Shown: piece by piece, positions 28,502 to 38,136 of the stretch
Layout: every line of letters starts with the position of its first letter
Position numbering within the stretch: the first letter of the stretch is position 1
Source of the DNA: Candidatus Bathyarchaeota archaeon
GTDB taxonomy: Archaea > Thermoproteota > Bathyarchaeia > Bathyarchaeales > Bathycorpusculaceae
Reading direction: 5' to 3'
Assembly (NCBI GenBank): GCA_963715865.1
Contig: OY970280.1
Coordinates: forward strand, 2,080,001-2,144,000
Length of the DNA: 64,000 bases
Translations under genes and position numbers: made by a program
The notes under the pieces: generated by a model
Told to the model about the DNA's origin: nothing
What the model saw: the letters and a program-made list of their open reading frames with translations, nothing else
Database searches by the model: none

Positions 28502-29419
28502 ATGATTACGGCTTTAGCGGGTGGTGTTGGCGCAGCCAGGTTTCTCACTGGCTTATTGAGGCTTGTTAAAGAGGAAGATGTGTCGGTAATAGTGAATACT
28601 GGCGACGACATTGAAATGTTCGGTTTGCACATTTCGCCAGACATCGACATTGTAGCATACACTTTAGCAGGCATTGTTGATGAGGAGAAAGGTTGGGGAA
28701 TAAAAGGCGACACTTTTCAATGCCTCGAGATGCTCAAAAAATTCGGCTTAGAAACATGGTTTGCCTTGGGCGACAAGGATTTTGCAACTCATATTTTTCG
28801 AACTGACTTGATGAAAAAAGGGTTTACGCTTTCGCAGGTAACCGATGAAATTTGCCGTGCTTTAGGGATTAAAGTTAACATTTTGCCAATGACGAATGAT
28901 AAGTTTGAGACCAGGATAAAAATTGAGGAAGGGTCAGTTCATTTCGAAGAGTATTTTGTTAAAAGACAAGCGAAAGACAAGGTTTTAGGCGTTGAGTTTG
29001 TCGGTGCCGTTAACGCGAAACCTTCACCTAAAGTTATAGATTCAATCATGGATGCGGAAGTGGTTGTTATTTGTCCCAGCAATCCGATAGTTAGCATTGG
29101 CACCATTCTGGCGGTTGATGGAATAAGAGATGCATTGAGGAAGACAAGCGCCAGAGTTGTTGGGGTTAGTCCTATAGTTGCTGGTGCTCCGATTAAGGGT
29201 CCTGCAGATAAACTATTACGTGGTTTAGGTTTTGAAGTTTCAGCTTTTTCTGTTGCTAAGCTTTACGCTGATTTTCTAGACACTTTTGTCATTGATAATA
29301 TGGATGTTGCTGAAAAAAGTCGCATAGAGAATCTTGGAATCACCGTGAAAATTACGAATACCGTAATGAAGAGTTTAGAAGATAAAGTTCAGTTGGCAAA
29401 GGCTGTTCTGGAAGACTAG
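28502..29419 (+). CDS. cofD: 2-phospho-L-lactate transferase CofD
   Basis: LAGGVGAARF, NTGDD, SPDID, LGDKDFATH, PSNPIVSIGTI, GPAD. Confidence 0.95.
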   Translation: MITALAGGVGAARFLTGLLRLVKEEDVSVIVNTGDDIEMFGLHISPDIDIVAYTLAGIVDEEKGWGIKGDTFQCLEMLKKFGLETWFALGDKDFATHIFRTDLMKKGFTLSQVTDEICRALGIKVNILPMTNDKFETRIKIEEGSVHFEEYFVKRQAKDKVLGVEFVGAVNAKPSPKVIDSIMDAEVVVICPSNPIVSIGTILAVDGIRDALRKTSARVVGVSPIVAGAPIKGPADKLLRGLGFEVSAFSVAKLYADFLDTFVIDNMDVAEKSRIENLGITVKITNTVMKSLEDKVQLAKAVLED

Positions 29420-29835
29420 CTTAAAAATCAGGAAATATATAGACTACTTAACTGTCTATATACTATTTGGATAGTCTAAATAAGCCAGAAAAAGAAAGTT
29501 TCTTCCACACAGGAGTGCCATGCAAATGAAGAAAGCAAAAAAGCGGCATGCAAAACTCGAAGTGTCATGGTACTTCATCCATGTGTAATGCAGGGTTAAG
29601 CATGTTAAGGGTTTAGTGAGGGGGGTAAATTGTGAAGGGAAAGATGAGTGATAAAAGGCAGGCACAGGCTAAAAAGACTAATCTTGTGGATTGGCTTTTG
29701 GCGATTGATGCATGCTTGATGTGACATATCCAAAAAGGAAGCATTTGGAAGAAAACCTATGCGATTGAAGTTATGCCATATTAAGAGAAGGGTTATATCT
29801 GAAACCAATTCAATAATGTAAGCAGTGATGAGGCA

Positions 29836-30504
29836 ATGGAAAGAAAAAGTTACGATTGGTTTGAGCAGCGCCGAAAAACAAGAGGTTTAGAGCTTGCGCA
29901 TGAACAAATAACCAAAGCTTTTGACACAGTAACGTGGCTGTATAAAGCTACCAAAAGCTTTTCAGAAAAAAATTTCAAAGAATCGAAAAAGTACATTGAA
30001 AACTTGTATAAGACCGAAGAAGGAGTTGACCAGCTTCGAACAGATGTCTTCATGGAGTTATCCAAGGGTGCAGCTCTTGTAGCAGATTATCGTGAAGACC
30101 TGTTACACCTTGTTAAACGATTAGATACGTTGGCAGATCACACTAAAGATGCCGCAAGATGCCTTGAAATGCTTGCTGAAGCAGAAATTCCACAGGAGCT
30201 ATGCGAAAAAACTGTTCTCATGACTGCAAAACTTGTTGAAACAGCTCAGACATTAAGAAGCAGTATAGAAAAAATCTCATCGAACCCAACAGAAGCCATT
30301 AAAGAAGCGAAACAAGTCGGGGAAATAGAACACGCAATAGACATTGAATACCTTAAAACCAAAAGCTTATTCGTGAAATACGGCGTAAACATAAACTGCG
30401 GAGCCATGGTAATATTCGACGACCTGATAGAATTTATCGAGCAAGCAGCAGACATGTGCGCTGACACAGCAGACTACATTCTGGTACTCTCAAGCAGAGA
30501 ATAA
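29836..30504 (+). CDS. DUF47 / PhoU-like family protein
   Basis: E..VDQLR...REDLLHLVKRLD.LAD; EHAID; EQAADMCADTAD. Confidence 0.85.
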   Translation: MERKSYDWFEQRRKTRGLELAHEQITKAFDTVTWLYKATKSFSEKNFKESKKYIENLYKTEEGVDQLRTDVFMELSKGAALVADYREDLLHLVKRLDTLADHTKDAARCLEMLAEAEIPQELCEKTVLMTAKLVETAQTLRSSIEKISSNPTEAIKEAKQVGEIEHAIDIEYLKTKSLFVKYGVNINCGAMVIFDDLIEFIEQAADMCADTADYILVLSSRE

Positions 30505-30685
30505 ACAGCCCTTAACTGTTTCTTTAATTATTTATTTTTTAGAATTCCTTTACGTTATCGTCTTAGGGCTAAATTGCTTTTTATAAGTTTTTTATAATTT
30601 GGTGGCGGGCACGGTGGACTTCGTTGATGGTTCTTGAAGTTCAACAGTTTATATATTCTATTCTTACATGTGATTTCTTGTAAGG

Positions 30686-33109
30686 ATGGCAATGAGAAAG
30701 CACAAGTGGTTGCTAATTATCCTAATTTCCCTTATTCTAATTCAGTCATACTGTATGTCGGTAGCCTCAGGTACCAGCGACAATTCCAGCACCGACGACT
30801 GGACGATGTTCCGCCATGACCCAAACCACAGCGGCTACACAACTTACAACAATCCAACGAATTCCGCCATACTCTTGTGGAATTACACAGCAGGCAGAGA
30901 TGTACAGTCTTCCCCCACAATAGCTAACGGCTGCGTTTTCGTAGGTTCCAGAGACAGCCAGGTTTACTGTCTCAACTCCTCCAACGGGGAACCAGTATGG
31001 AAGTTCCCAATTAGAAGTGAAGTATGGTCATCGCCTGCCATCTATAATGGGCGTGTCTACATAGGCGCAGATGACGGATTTATTTACTGTCTAAACAGTA
31101 CCACAGGAATACCTCTTTGGAGATCGCCAGCCGGAGGTCAAGTGAGGTCTTCGCCTGCAATTGCGGATGGTCGCATCTACGTGGGTTCAGGGGACCACAA
31201 TGTTTTCTGTATTAACGCTTCAGATGGAGCTACAATATGGAGTTACCCAACGTTATACCGTGTAGATTCATCGCCTGCAGTCTCAGACGGCATAGTGTAC
31301 GTTGCCACCGACGACTATTGTGTTTACGCTCTTAATGCGTCTACAGGCATCGAAATATGGAACCGCCACACTGGAAGTACCATCTCCTCGCCTAGCGTAT
31401 ACAATGGTTGCGTCTACATAGGCTCATACGACGGCTACGTCTGTAGTTTGAATGCTTCCACAGGCGCCCAGATTTGGAAATATCAAACAGAAGATTGCAT
31501 GAACTCTTCTCCAGCTGTCGCTTACGGATGCGTTTATATAGGCTCCGAGGACAATAACGTTTATTGCCTAAACGCTTCAAACGGCAAGAAAATATGGCAG
31601 AGCCCAACTGGCTATTGGGTCCGGTCTTCCCCTGCAGTTGCAGACGGCAACGTGTATGTCGGCTCTGAAGACTACAGCGTTTATTGTCTTGATGCTTTTA
31701 CAGGGGCAAAGAAATGGAGTTACGAAACTGGAAATATTGTAGAGTCTTCGCCAGCTATTGCGAACGGTACGCTTTACGTTGGTTCTAACGACTTTCGTGT
31801 CTACGCTTTTGCCTTATACAATTCGACCGCTGAATCCTTACCTTTACAATCTACCAACTCTTTAACATGGACTACGATTGCGTTTGATGCAATTGCATGT
31901 GGTGTAGGGACCGTGATTATTTTTGAAATCATACGCTTCGTTAACTCGACTAGGCGAGCCAAGCGAAAAACTAAAGTCACGAAAATTTCTGCACAAAAGG
32001 TGCCTTGGTTTTCAGCACATGCCGACGCCCTTTGTATTTTGACAATTCTGGCTTTTTCAACAATATTCTTCGTTAATCTAGAAAGCGGATCTCTTTGGGC
32101 TGCCGACGAGCAAACGTACTCTCAATGGGCATTCCACATGGTTAAGAGCGGAGACTACCTGACGCCTTGGGCTTTTGGCACTTTAACATTCTGGGTAAGT
32201 AAACCGCCGCTCTTCATGTGGCTGATGTCTCTTGCCTACCAAGTCTTCGGGGTTAGTAATTTCTCCTCAAGGCTTTGGAGTCCCATATTCGGCACCTTAT
32301 CCTTAGTTCTTGTCTTCTATTTGGGAAAGAAACTCTATAACTCGTACGTAGGGTTTCTGTCGGCTATAGTTTTAGGGACGTTTACAACCTTCTTCGCGTT
32401 TGCAAGACACGCTATGACTGATGTTCCTTTCGTCTTCTTCATGTTAGCTAGCACATACTTTTTTGTTTTAAGCGAGAAAACAGAAAATACTAATCGATAC
32501 GTGGCTTTAAGCGGCCTGTTCTTTGGCTTGGCGTTAATGACAAAGCAGATTGAAGCCTTGTTACTTCCGCTAATCATGTTTATCTATTTAGCGGCCACAA
32601 AGAAAAGCATCCGGTTTCTCTTCACAAAACGCTTTACTCTTTTTTTGGGAATTGGGTTTCTATTTTTTTCCCCTTGGCTGATCTACATGAACTTTCGTTT
32701 TGGATCGGAGTTTTGGCAGTCCTATTTCGTGTATAGCGCCGTTACGCGAACGGTTAGTCCTATTGAGGGTCATGGTGGAGGTTACCTCTTCTATTTTAGC
32801 TACTTAGCCACTAACGAAATGGTTTGGGCAATATTGCTGCCTTTTGCGGCAGGCCTCTGTGCAGTCAATGCCGTTATTAAGCGTTCAAAAGAAGACACTT
32901 TAATTCTTACTTGGATGTCGATTGTGCTTGTAGTGTTCACTTTTGTTCAAACAAAACTTTACTGGTATATCCTGCCAGCTTTACCGGCTTTCGCCATTGC
33001 CATAAGCAGTTTTCTATATCAACTATCAAAGAAAATACATTTCCGCACGCTACCTTCATCTAAATCCCAAAAGGCGGTTGAAATAGCTAAGTTCCAGAAG
33101 CAGCGATAA
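30686..33109 (+). CDS. PQQ-type beta-propeller fused to ArnT/PMT-family (GT-C) glycosyltransferase
   Basis: Signal-like N-terminus, DWTMFRHD, eight SSP.....VYVGS.D..VYCLNA.TG...W repeats; then DEQTY, KPPLFMW, RHAMTDVP, GLALMTK and multiple TM helices. Confidence 0.85.
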   Translation: MAMRKHKWLLIILISLILIQSYCMSVASGTSDNSSTDDWTMFRHDPNHSGYTTYNNPTNSAILLWNYTAGRDVQSSPTIANGCVFVGSRDSQVYCLNSSNGEPVWKFPIRSEVWSSPAIYNGRVYIGADDGFIYCLNSTTGIPLWRSPAGGQVRSSPAIADGRIYVGSGDHNVFCINASDGATIWSYPTLYRVDSSPAVSDGIVYVATDDYCVYALNASTGIEIWNRHTGSTISSPSVYNGCVYIGSYDGYVCSLNASTGAQIWKYQTEDCMNSSPAVAYGCVYIGSEDNNVYCLNASNGKKIWQSPTGYWVRSSPAVADGNVYVGSEDYSVYCLDAFTGAKKWSYETGNIVESSPAIANGTLYVGSNDFRVYAFALYNSTAESLPLQSTNSLTWTTIAFDAIACGVGTVIIFEIIRFVNSTRRAKRKTKVTKISAQKVPWFSAHADALCILTILAFSTIFFVNLESGSLWAADEQTYSQWAFHMVKSGDYLTPWAFGTLTFWVSKPPLFMWLMSLAYQVFGVSNFSSRLWSPIFGTLSLVLVFYLGKKLYNSYVGFLSAIVLGTFTTFFAFARHAMTDVPFVFFMLASTYFFVLSEKTENTNRYVALSGLFFGLALMTKQIEALLLPLIMFIYLAATKKSIRFLFTKRFTLFLGIGFLFFSPWLIYMNFRFGSEFWQSYFVYSAVTRTVSPIEGHGGGYLFYFSYLATNEMVWAILLPFAAGLCAVNAVIKRSKEDTLILTWMSIVLVVFTFVQTKLYWYILPALPAFAIAISSFLYQLSKKIHFRTLPSSKSQKAVEIAKFQKQR

Positions 33110-33178
33110 AGTAAACAGTAAGTTAGTCATTTTCTACGATTAAAAAATGTGCCAGCAGAAGTGAATATTTACATGGGG

Positions 33179-33257
33179 TGGCGGGCCCGCTGGGATTTGA
33201 ACCCAGGACCTCCGGCTCCGCAGGCCGGTGTCATAATCCGTACTAGACGACGAGCCC
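33179..33257 (-). tRNA. tRNA-Arg(GCG)
   Basis: GGGCTCG acceptor, CCGGC-CT-GCG-GA-GCCGG anticodon arm, GGTTCAAATCC T-arm, encoded CCA. Confidence 0.95.
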
Positions 33258-33314
33258 AGTGCTTGTTTTTGTGCCCCGAAAATGAGGGCAAAATAGTAAA
33301 TACTTTGCTTAAAC

Positions 33315-33485
33315 TTAAAAATAGTGGTCTAATATGGCATGTGTTATTTTTGTTTCTTTAGGAAAAGTTATTTTGAATTGGGTTCCTTTGCCAACTTTGC
33401 TCTCAAACGTTATTCTGCCACCCTGTGCCTCAACTAAGCGTTTAACAACGGCTAAACCGAAGCCTTGCCCTTTAGAATATGTATC
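33315..33485 (-). pseudogene. C-terminal fragment of a histidine-kinase HATPase_c domain
   Basis: SKGQGFGLAVVKRLVEAQGGRITFESKVGKGTQFKITFP with no start and an upstream in-frame stop. Confidence 0.8.
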
Positions 33486-33759
33486 TTTTTTGCTATGAAG
33501 ATTAGGTCAAAAAAGAGGGAAGGGAAGGTCAATTTTAACTAGTAAAACTAGGTCCAAAAATGAGGTACCGATAGGTAGCGTGCTATTAGCATGGAAATCA
33601 CTTCAAATTTGAGGTGTAGGGGCAGGCCTCTTTTTAGCTAGGAGAACTACTCTTAAAAAGAGGGTACCCCTTTGGGTCAGCCGCTTGAAGCAAACCTTTG
33701 CATGCTTAGGACAGATGGTTTATTTGCAATTCAAAAAAAAGAAAGTTACTGCTAAACTG

Positions 33760-35362
33760 CTAACTTTTGCTTACGACCCTCTTGAGAGCAGCGATGACGT
33801 TTTGTTTGCCCATAGCAAGCACATATGGACCTAATCGTGGACCCTGCGGCGCGCCCATCAAAATCTTATACAGCGTTTTGAAGAAGCCGCTGGGCTGTAT
33901 GCCGTTGTTTTTTGCAGCGTTAAAGATGGCGTTTTGGATTTTATCCGCTTCATTTTCAGCTTCCAGTTTTGTGATTAACTCGGTGATAGCTTTTTTCTCT
34001 TCGCTTGTCAGGGTTACATCTGTTTCTTTGATTTCTTCAAAGTCCCTAATCCAGTTCAACGCGAACTCAATACGCTGCTTTAAGCCAGCGTCTAAGGCTT
34101 GGTTTTTCTGGAGGTAACCGTAACTTTGCAGTTTCTCAGTCACGTAATCCTCTAGGCATTCTTTGGGCGCCATTTTAACAAGAAACGCCATTAAATTATA
34201 GGGCACGTGAACGCTGGGCTTAGCTGGTGGCTTCATGACATAGCAGTACTCAAACAAGCCGCTAAGCTTCGTGGCTTCTTTTTCGCCTACTTGTTTTTTG
34301 CCGAAATAAACGTCTTCGAGGTAATCAAGCTCATTCATGTATGCTGGAATATCAGATACATCCAAGGTTCGTGTGCCAACAAACCGTTTAAGCATCAGCA
34401 AAAGCAGCGATTGAGGAGAACCGTAACGGAACCACACCTGTGGCGTGAAAACGTTGCCAGCAGATTTGGAAATTTTCTTTCCGCCTTTATCGAGGAACAT
34501 TTCGTATTTTGCGTGCGAAGGCGGCTCAAAACACAGGACTTCACGGCATATTCGATCGTTGATTTTCACTGAGTCAGCGATGTCTTTTCCGTAAGCTTCA
34601 AACCGTATATCCAAAGCTTTCCAGCGAGCTGCAAACTCGCCTTTCCAAGTTAATTTCCCCTCACCTTTAGTTATGTCGGCTTCGCCTTCGTGCCCACAGC
34701 CTTCGATAAGTCTGCCACGGATCTCTAAGCCTTCGCATCTGTAGAGGACTTTATCAGTTTTTGGGTCGAATTTGTAGGCTCTTGTGGTGTAGATGCGTCC
34801 GCAGTTACTGCAGACTGGGAAGAAAGGCAGAACTTCGGTGTAGCGTTCTTGGCCGACTTCTTCTTTGACAATTTCGCCTACTTTCTTGGCATTCAATAGT
34901 ATGGTTCTGATTTCGTTTAGCAGCAAGCCTTTCTCGTAGACTTCCTTAGCTGAAAAGTAGCGGTATTCTATTCCGCACTTATCCAGAGACTCAAGAAGAA
35001 GCGAACTCATGTGTTTACCGTAGCTTTCATGACAACCAAACGGGTCAGGGATACTGGACACTGGATAACCAAGATACTTCTCCAAATCCTTTGATAACCC
35101 AACCGGAACTTTTCGTCAAGCCGTCCTTGTCGTCGCAGTAAGCAACCAACTCAGAATTAAAACCTAAACCCTTCAAAGCAAGCGTAACGGCGTACGAACG
35201 TGCGGCGTCGCCTAGGCTGCCGATGTGTGGGAAACCTGAGGCGCCGAGACCCATCTCCGTGCGGATTTTATCCATGTTTCTGCCTAGCTGACGCTCTCTG
35301 TCGATTACTTTCTTGGCCATCATGTCGTACCATGTGCCGCGTCCAATAGTCTCTTCACTCAT
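33760..35362 (-). CDS. lysS: Lysyl-tRNA synthetase class I, apparent +1 indel at ~35116
   Basis: GASGFPHIGS, DDKDGL, then KYLGYP, WKARW-like WKGEFAARW, GKDI, KISKSAGN, QGPRLG. Confidence 0.92.
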
Positions 35363-35429
35363 AACGTTGAGCCTTCTGCAATTGTGACTGTGCATTGGAA
35401 TAGAAAAATGTTTAGAGCCGAAAAAAGGC

Positions 35430-35777
35430 TCAAGGTTTCTTTCGTCTCAAGGCTGCAACGATGGCTATGGCGCCGAGCACAAGCAGTAGTAAAGCTAACG
35501 AGTAAAGATAGCTTGTCTTGAACAGCAACCAAGCACCGCCTAAAGCCATGAGAATCACGCCCATTTCCAGTGTACCGAATGGTTCACGTTCGTATTTCTG
35601 CGGGCTTTGAGCTCTGATGCCGGCAAGGATTAGTAGCCATACTCCAAACAGAACGAAGATTAAAGGGAAAATATTCAGCCAGTCTGCGAACACTTTTGCC
35701 GCGTATAGGAGTATGGCGACTACTGCGATTATGAAGAAAACGCCTATGGAGAGCAGTTGCCGTCTACTTTCAGACAT
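35430..35777 (-). CDS. Small four-helix membrane protein
   Basis: Four hydrophobic segments, basic C-terminus. Confidence 0.7.
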   Translation of the reverse strand: MSESRRQLLSIGVFFIIAVVAILLYAAKVFADWLNIFPLIFVLFGVWLLILAGIRAQSPQKYEREPFGTLEMGVILMALGGAWLLFKTSYLYSLALLLLVLGAIAIVAALRRKKP

Positions 35778-35789
35778 TACTATGCCATC

Positions 35790-36773
35790 CTACGATATTG
35801 TTGCACCGCATTCGGGGCAGAACTTGGAGCTCGCAGGAATTGAGTGGCCGCATTTGGGACAGTTCATTGTGGCGGCTGAGGGAGGCGTAAGAGAAGTTCC
35901 GCATTCAGGACAGAACTTTGATGTAGCTGGAACATGTGCGCCGCATTTGGGACATATCACTAGTGCAGCTGTGGGCGCTTGTGCCTGAACCTGACCTTGC
36001 TGATTCATAATTTGAGGTATGAGCACCATGCCTGTGCCTAAGCCTGCACCGCCACCGCCTGATTGACCTAGAGACTGCGCTGCACTCTTCACCGTTTCCA
36101 TGCGCAAAACTGTGTCTGCTGGGGTGCTTCCAGTTTTAAGCCAAAACAGCCGTTCACGGTACTCAGGTGTGGTGTCGATGCCTTCGAAACGTAAGTCTGT
36201 TAGCTCGATGCCCACGCGTTTGAAGTAATCTAAGACCGAGTTTTTAACGATCACGGATGTCTCTTGAAGCCTAGTGAAGACCGTAATCAAGTCGTAGTGG
36301 GAAAGTTCTGCAATTATCTTTTCGTTAAGGAAGCCTCGGAGAAAGTTGTTGACATCTTCTGTTGTGTAAGCGTTTTGTCCACCCACAACTTCATTCACGA
36401 ACAGCGAAGCATCTTCGATTTTGAACAGGAATTGCCCAAACACTTTGAGTGGAGCCAACTCAGTGGTTTGTGCACTTGTACCCCATTTGCCATTGAAAAC
36501 TTTAGTGGCGATGTAGATGACTGCCGCTTTAAACGGCTTGTTGCTACCGAACCCTGCCAGACGCGTCAGTAAACTTGTAAGCAAAGGCAAATTCAACGTT
36601 GTCAGTGTGTGCCTGCCAGCATTGAAAACATCATAGGCTTTGCCATCCCTGAAGAACACTGCCATTTCGTACTCGTGCACGATAAGTTGGGCGCCCCATG
36701 TGATATCTTCGTTTGGGTACCTCCAAATTATGTCCTCTGGGCCAGCGTTTGTCCATTCTATTACTTGTGGCAT
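35790..36773 (-). CDS. SPFH (band 7) domain protein with C-terminal double zinc ribbon
   Basis: GAQLIVHEYEMAVFFRDG, GRHTLTTLNLP; two CPxCG....SKFCPECG ribbons. Confidence 0.88.
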   Translation of the reverse strand: MPQVIEWTNAGPEDIIWRYPNEDITWGAQLIVHEYEMAVFFRDGKAYDVFNAGRHTLTTLNLPLLTSLLTRLAGFGSNKPFKAAVIYIATKVFNGKWGTSAQTTELAPLKVFGQFLFKIEDASLFVNEVVGGQNAYTTEDVNNFLRGFLNEKIIAELSHYDLITVFTRLQETSVIVKNSVLDYFKRVGIELTDLRFEGIDTTPEYRERLFWLKTGSTPADTVLRMETVKSAAQSLGQSGGGGAGLGTGMVLIPQIMNQQGQVQAQAPTAALVICPKCGAHVPATSKFCPECGTSLTPPSAATMNCPKCGHSIPASSKFCPECGATIS

Positions 36774-36774
36774 T

Positions 36775-37296
36775 TTAACTCGCTCCTAAGATTACTTCAT
36801 TACGTTGATCAAACGTGTTTTCTAAACTTTCAAGCTTGTCAGTTACATTCTGAACTCTGGTCTTCAGGTTCGTAGTTACGCCGCTGGCTAAATCTGCTTT
36901 AAAAGCGTCAATTTCAGTAGTCAATGCGTTTATTCCGTCTATAAGCTTATTATCGAAATCTATCATGTGATCAAGATTTTCTTCTCTGACTTTGACAGCG
37001 TCAAAAAAGCCGCTGTACCCGTAAGAGGCATGATTAATTTTCTCAACAACACGGTCCATCTTAGCTAACAGGCGATCCATATCTGTCAGGACGTCGAAGT
37101 AGCGGCGGTCAGCCAACTTCTGCGAAATTTCCCTCAGATCTGTCTTTTCAATTGACAGTTTCAGGTACAGGTGATTCCTGATTAGCCTATCGCTTTCGCG
37201 GCGCAGTTCCTTCTCTTTGTAACCGCGGAAACCTGGAATAAACGCGGCTATCCGCTCAGGAAGGCGACATTTGACCTTGAACGTTTGATAATTCAT
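36775..37296 (-). CDS. Conserved helical hypothetical protein
   Basis: IPGFRGYKEKELRRESDRLIR and HASYGYSGFFDAVKV motifs; coupled to SPFH gene. Confidence 0.75.
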   Translation of the reverse strand: MNYQTFKVKCRLPERIAAFIPGFRGYKEKELRRESDRLIRNHLYLKLSIEKTDLREISQKLADRRYFDVLTDMDRLLAKMDRVVEKINHASYGYSGFFDAVKVREENLDHMIDFDNKLIDGINALTTEIDAFKADLASGVTTNLKTRVQNVTDKLESLENTFDQRNEVILGAS

Positions 37297-37386
37297 CGTT
37301 TTTATCGCTCATTTTACATATCCGCCTTTTTTATTATTCGTTGATAATGAAAAGTCGCTTTTAAAGTTTGTTAGAGCAAATAAAGC

Positions 37387-38133
37387 TTAGAATCTTGAAG
37401 ATGGAATGTCACCTTTTAAGGCTGTTCCACGGTTCCTTCGATTATCAGTTGGTAATCTTTGCCTTTGTATTCATATTTGATGAACCAGATGGGCGCGTGC
37501 AGATAGACTGTCTGTTTCGGGGTTACTTCCGTTTTTATCTCAACTATTTTATCCACGTCCTGCTGGAGAAGGAAGCGATGGTGATCCTCGATTTGTTGCT
37601 TGGCAATTTCCAAGGCGGCATCGCGGTCCATTTCACTGTTTAAGAGTTTGGCGAAGCCTTCGATTTTGCGGAAGTCGAATGGGATTTTGCCTTCCAGAGG
37701 AACCTCGTATTCGTGAGTGGGAAAACCAGAAGCTTCCCGTGCCAAAACCAGCCATTCATATTCCTTGGAGATTGTGCCCTCTTTAACTATGGCTGGAGCT
37801 ATGCGTTCGAATATGCCCTTGTAAGTGCTCTTAGCCTCCACTGAAAACCACCCAAAACGGCAAATAAACCAAGTCTTTCTCAGTAATCTTTGATTTCCTA
37901 GCGAGGTCGCCTGGTTTCAAGAAGCCGCCGCGCATCCAAGCCTGAATCGGCTCATCTATACTTTTTTGATCAAACTTGTTCAGAATAAGCGAATGCTCAA
38001 ACGTGAATGCTTGTCCTGTCTCGATGACTGTGGTGAAGCCGCAGTATTTGCAGGTAGCAATGATTTCTCCTGGTTTAAACTCTACTGGAGCGCCGCAGTG
38101 GCTACACCTGATTTCTTGGGCTACAGCATCCAG
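37387..38133 (-). CDS. Zinc-ribbon protein (CSHC..CKYC), apparent indels at ~37845 and ~37427, candidate CTG start
   Basis: Manual translation DAVAQEIRCSHCGAP...CKYCG...YLPFWVV, joining the 37416-37841 ORF after removing one T. Confidence 0.7.
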
Positions 38134-38136
38134 TGT

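Noticed and set aside
29511-29588. 22-aa basic ORF MQMKKAKKRHAKLEVSWYFIHV with AGGAG upstream
   Set aside because: No terminator or other support; short basic ORFs arise readily in A-rich DNA.
30890-31810. DNA-level repeats as a CRISPR-like array
   Set aside because: They are the degenerate ~120-nt coding repeats of the beta-propeller blades.
33149-33361. 70-aa ORF from the ORF track as a real gene
   Set aside because: Mostly the antisense of tRNA-Arg; only the post-tRNA part is kept as a possible integrase relic.
33627-33663. 10-bp inverted repeat CCTCTTTTTA/TAAAAAGAGG
   Set aside because: Single low-complexity stem downstream of lysS; may be a terminator-like element but is not distinctive.
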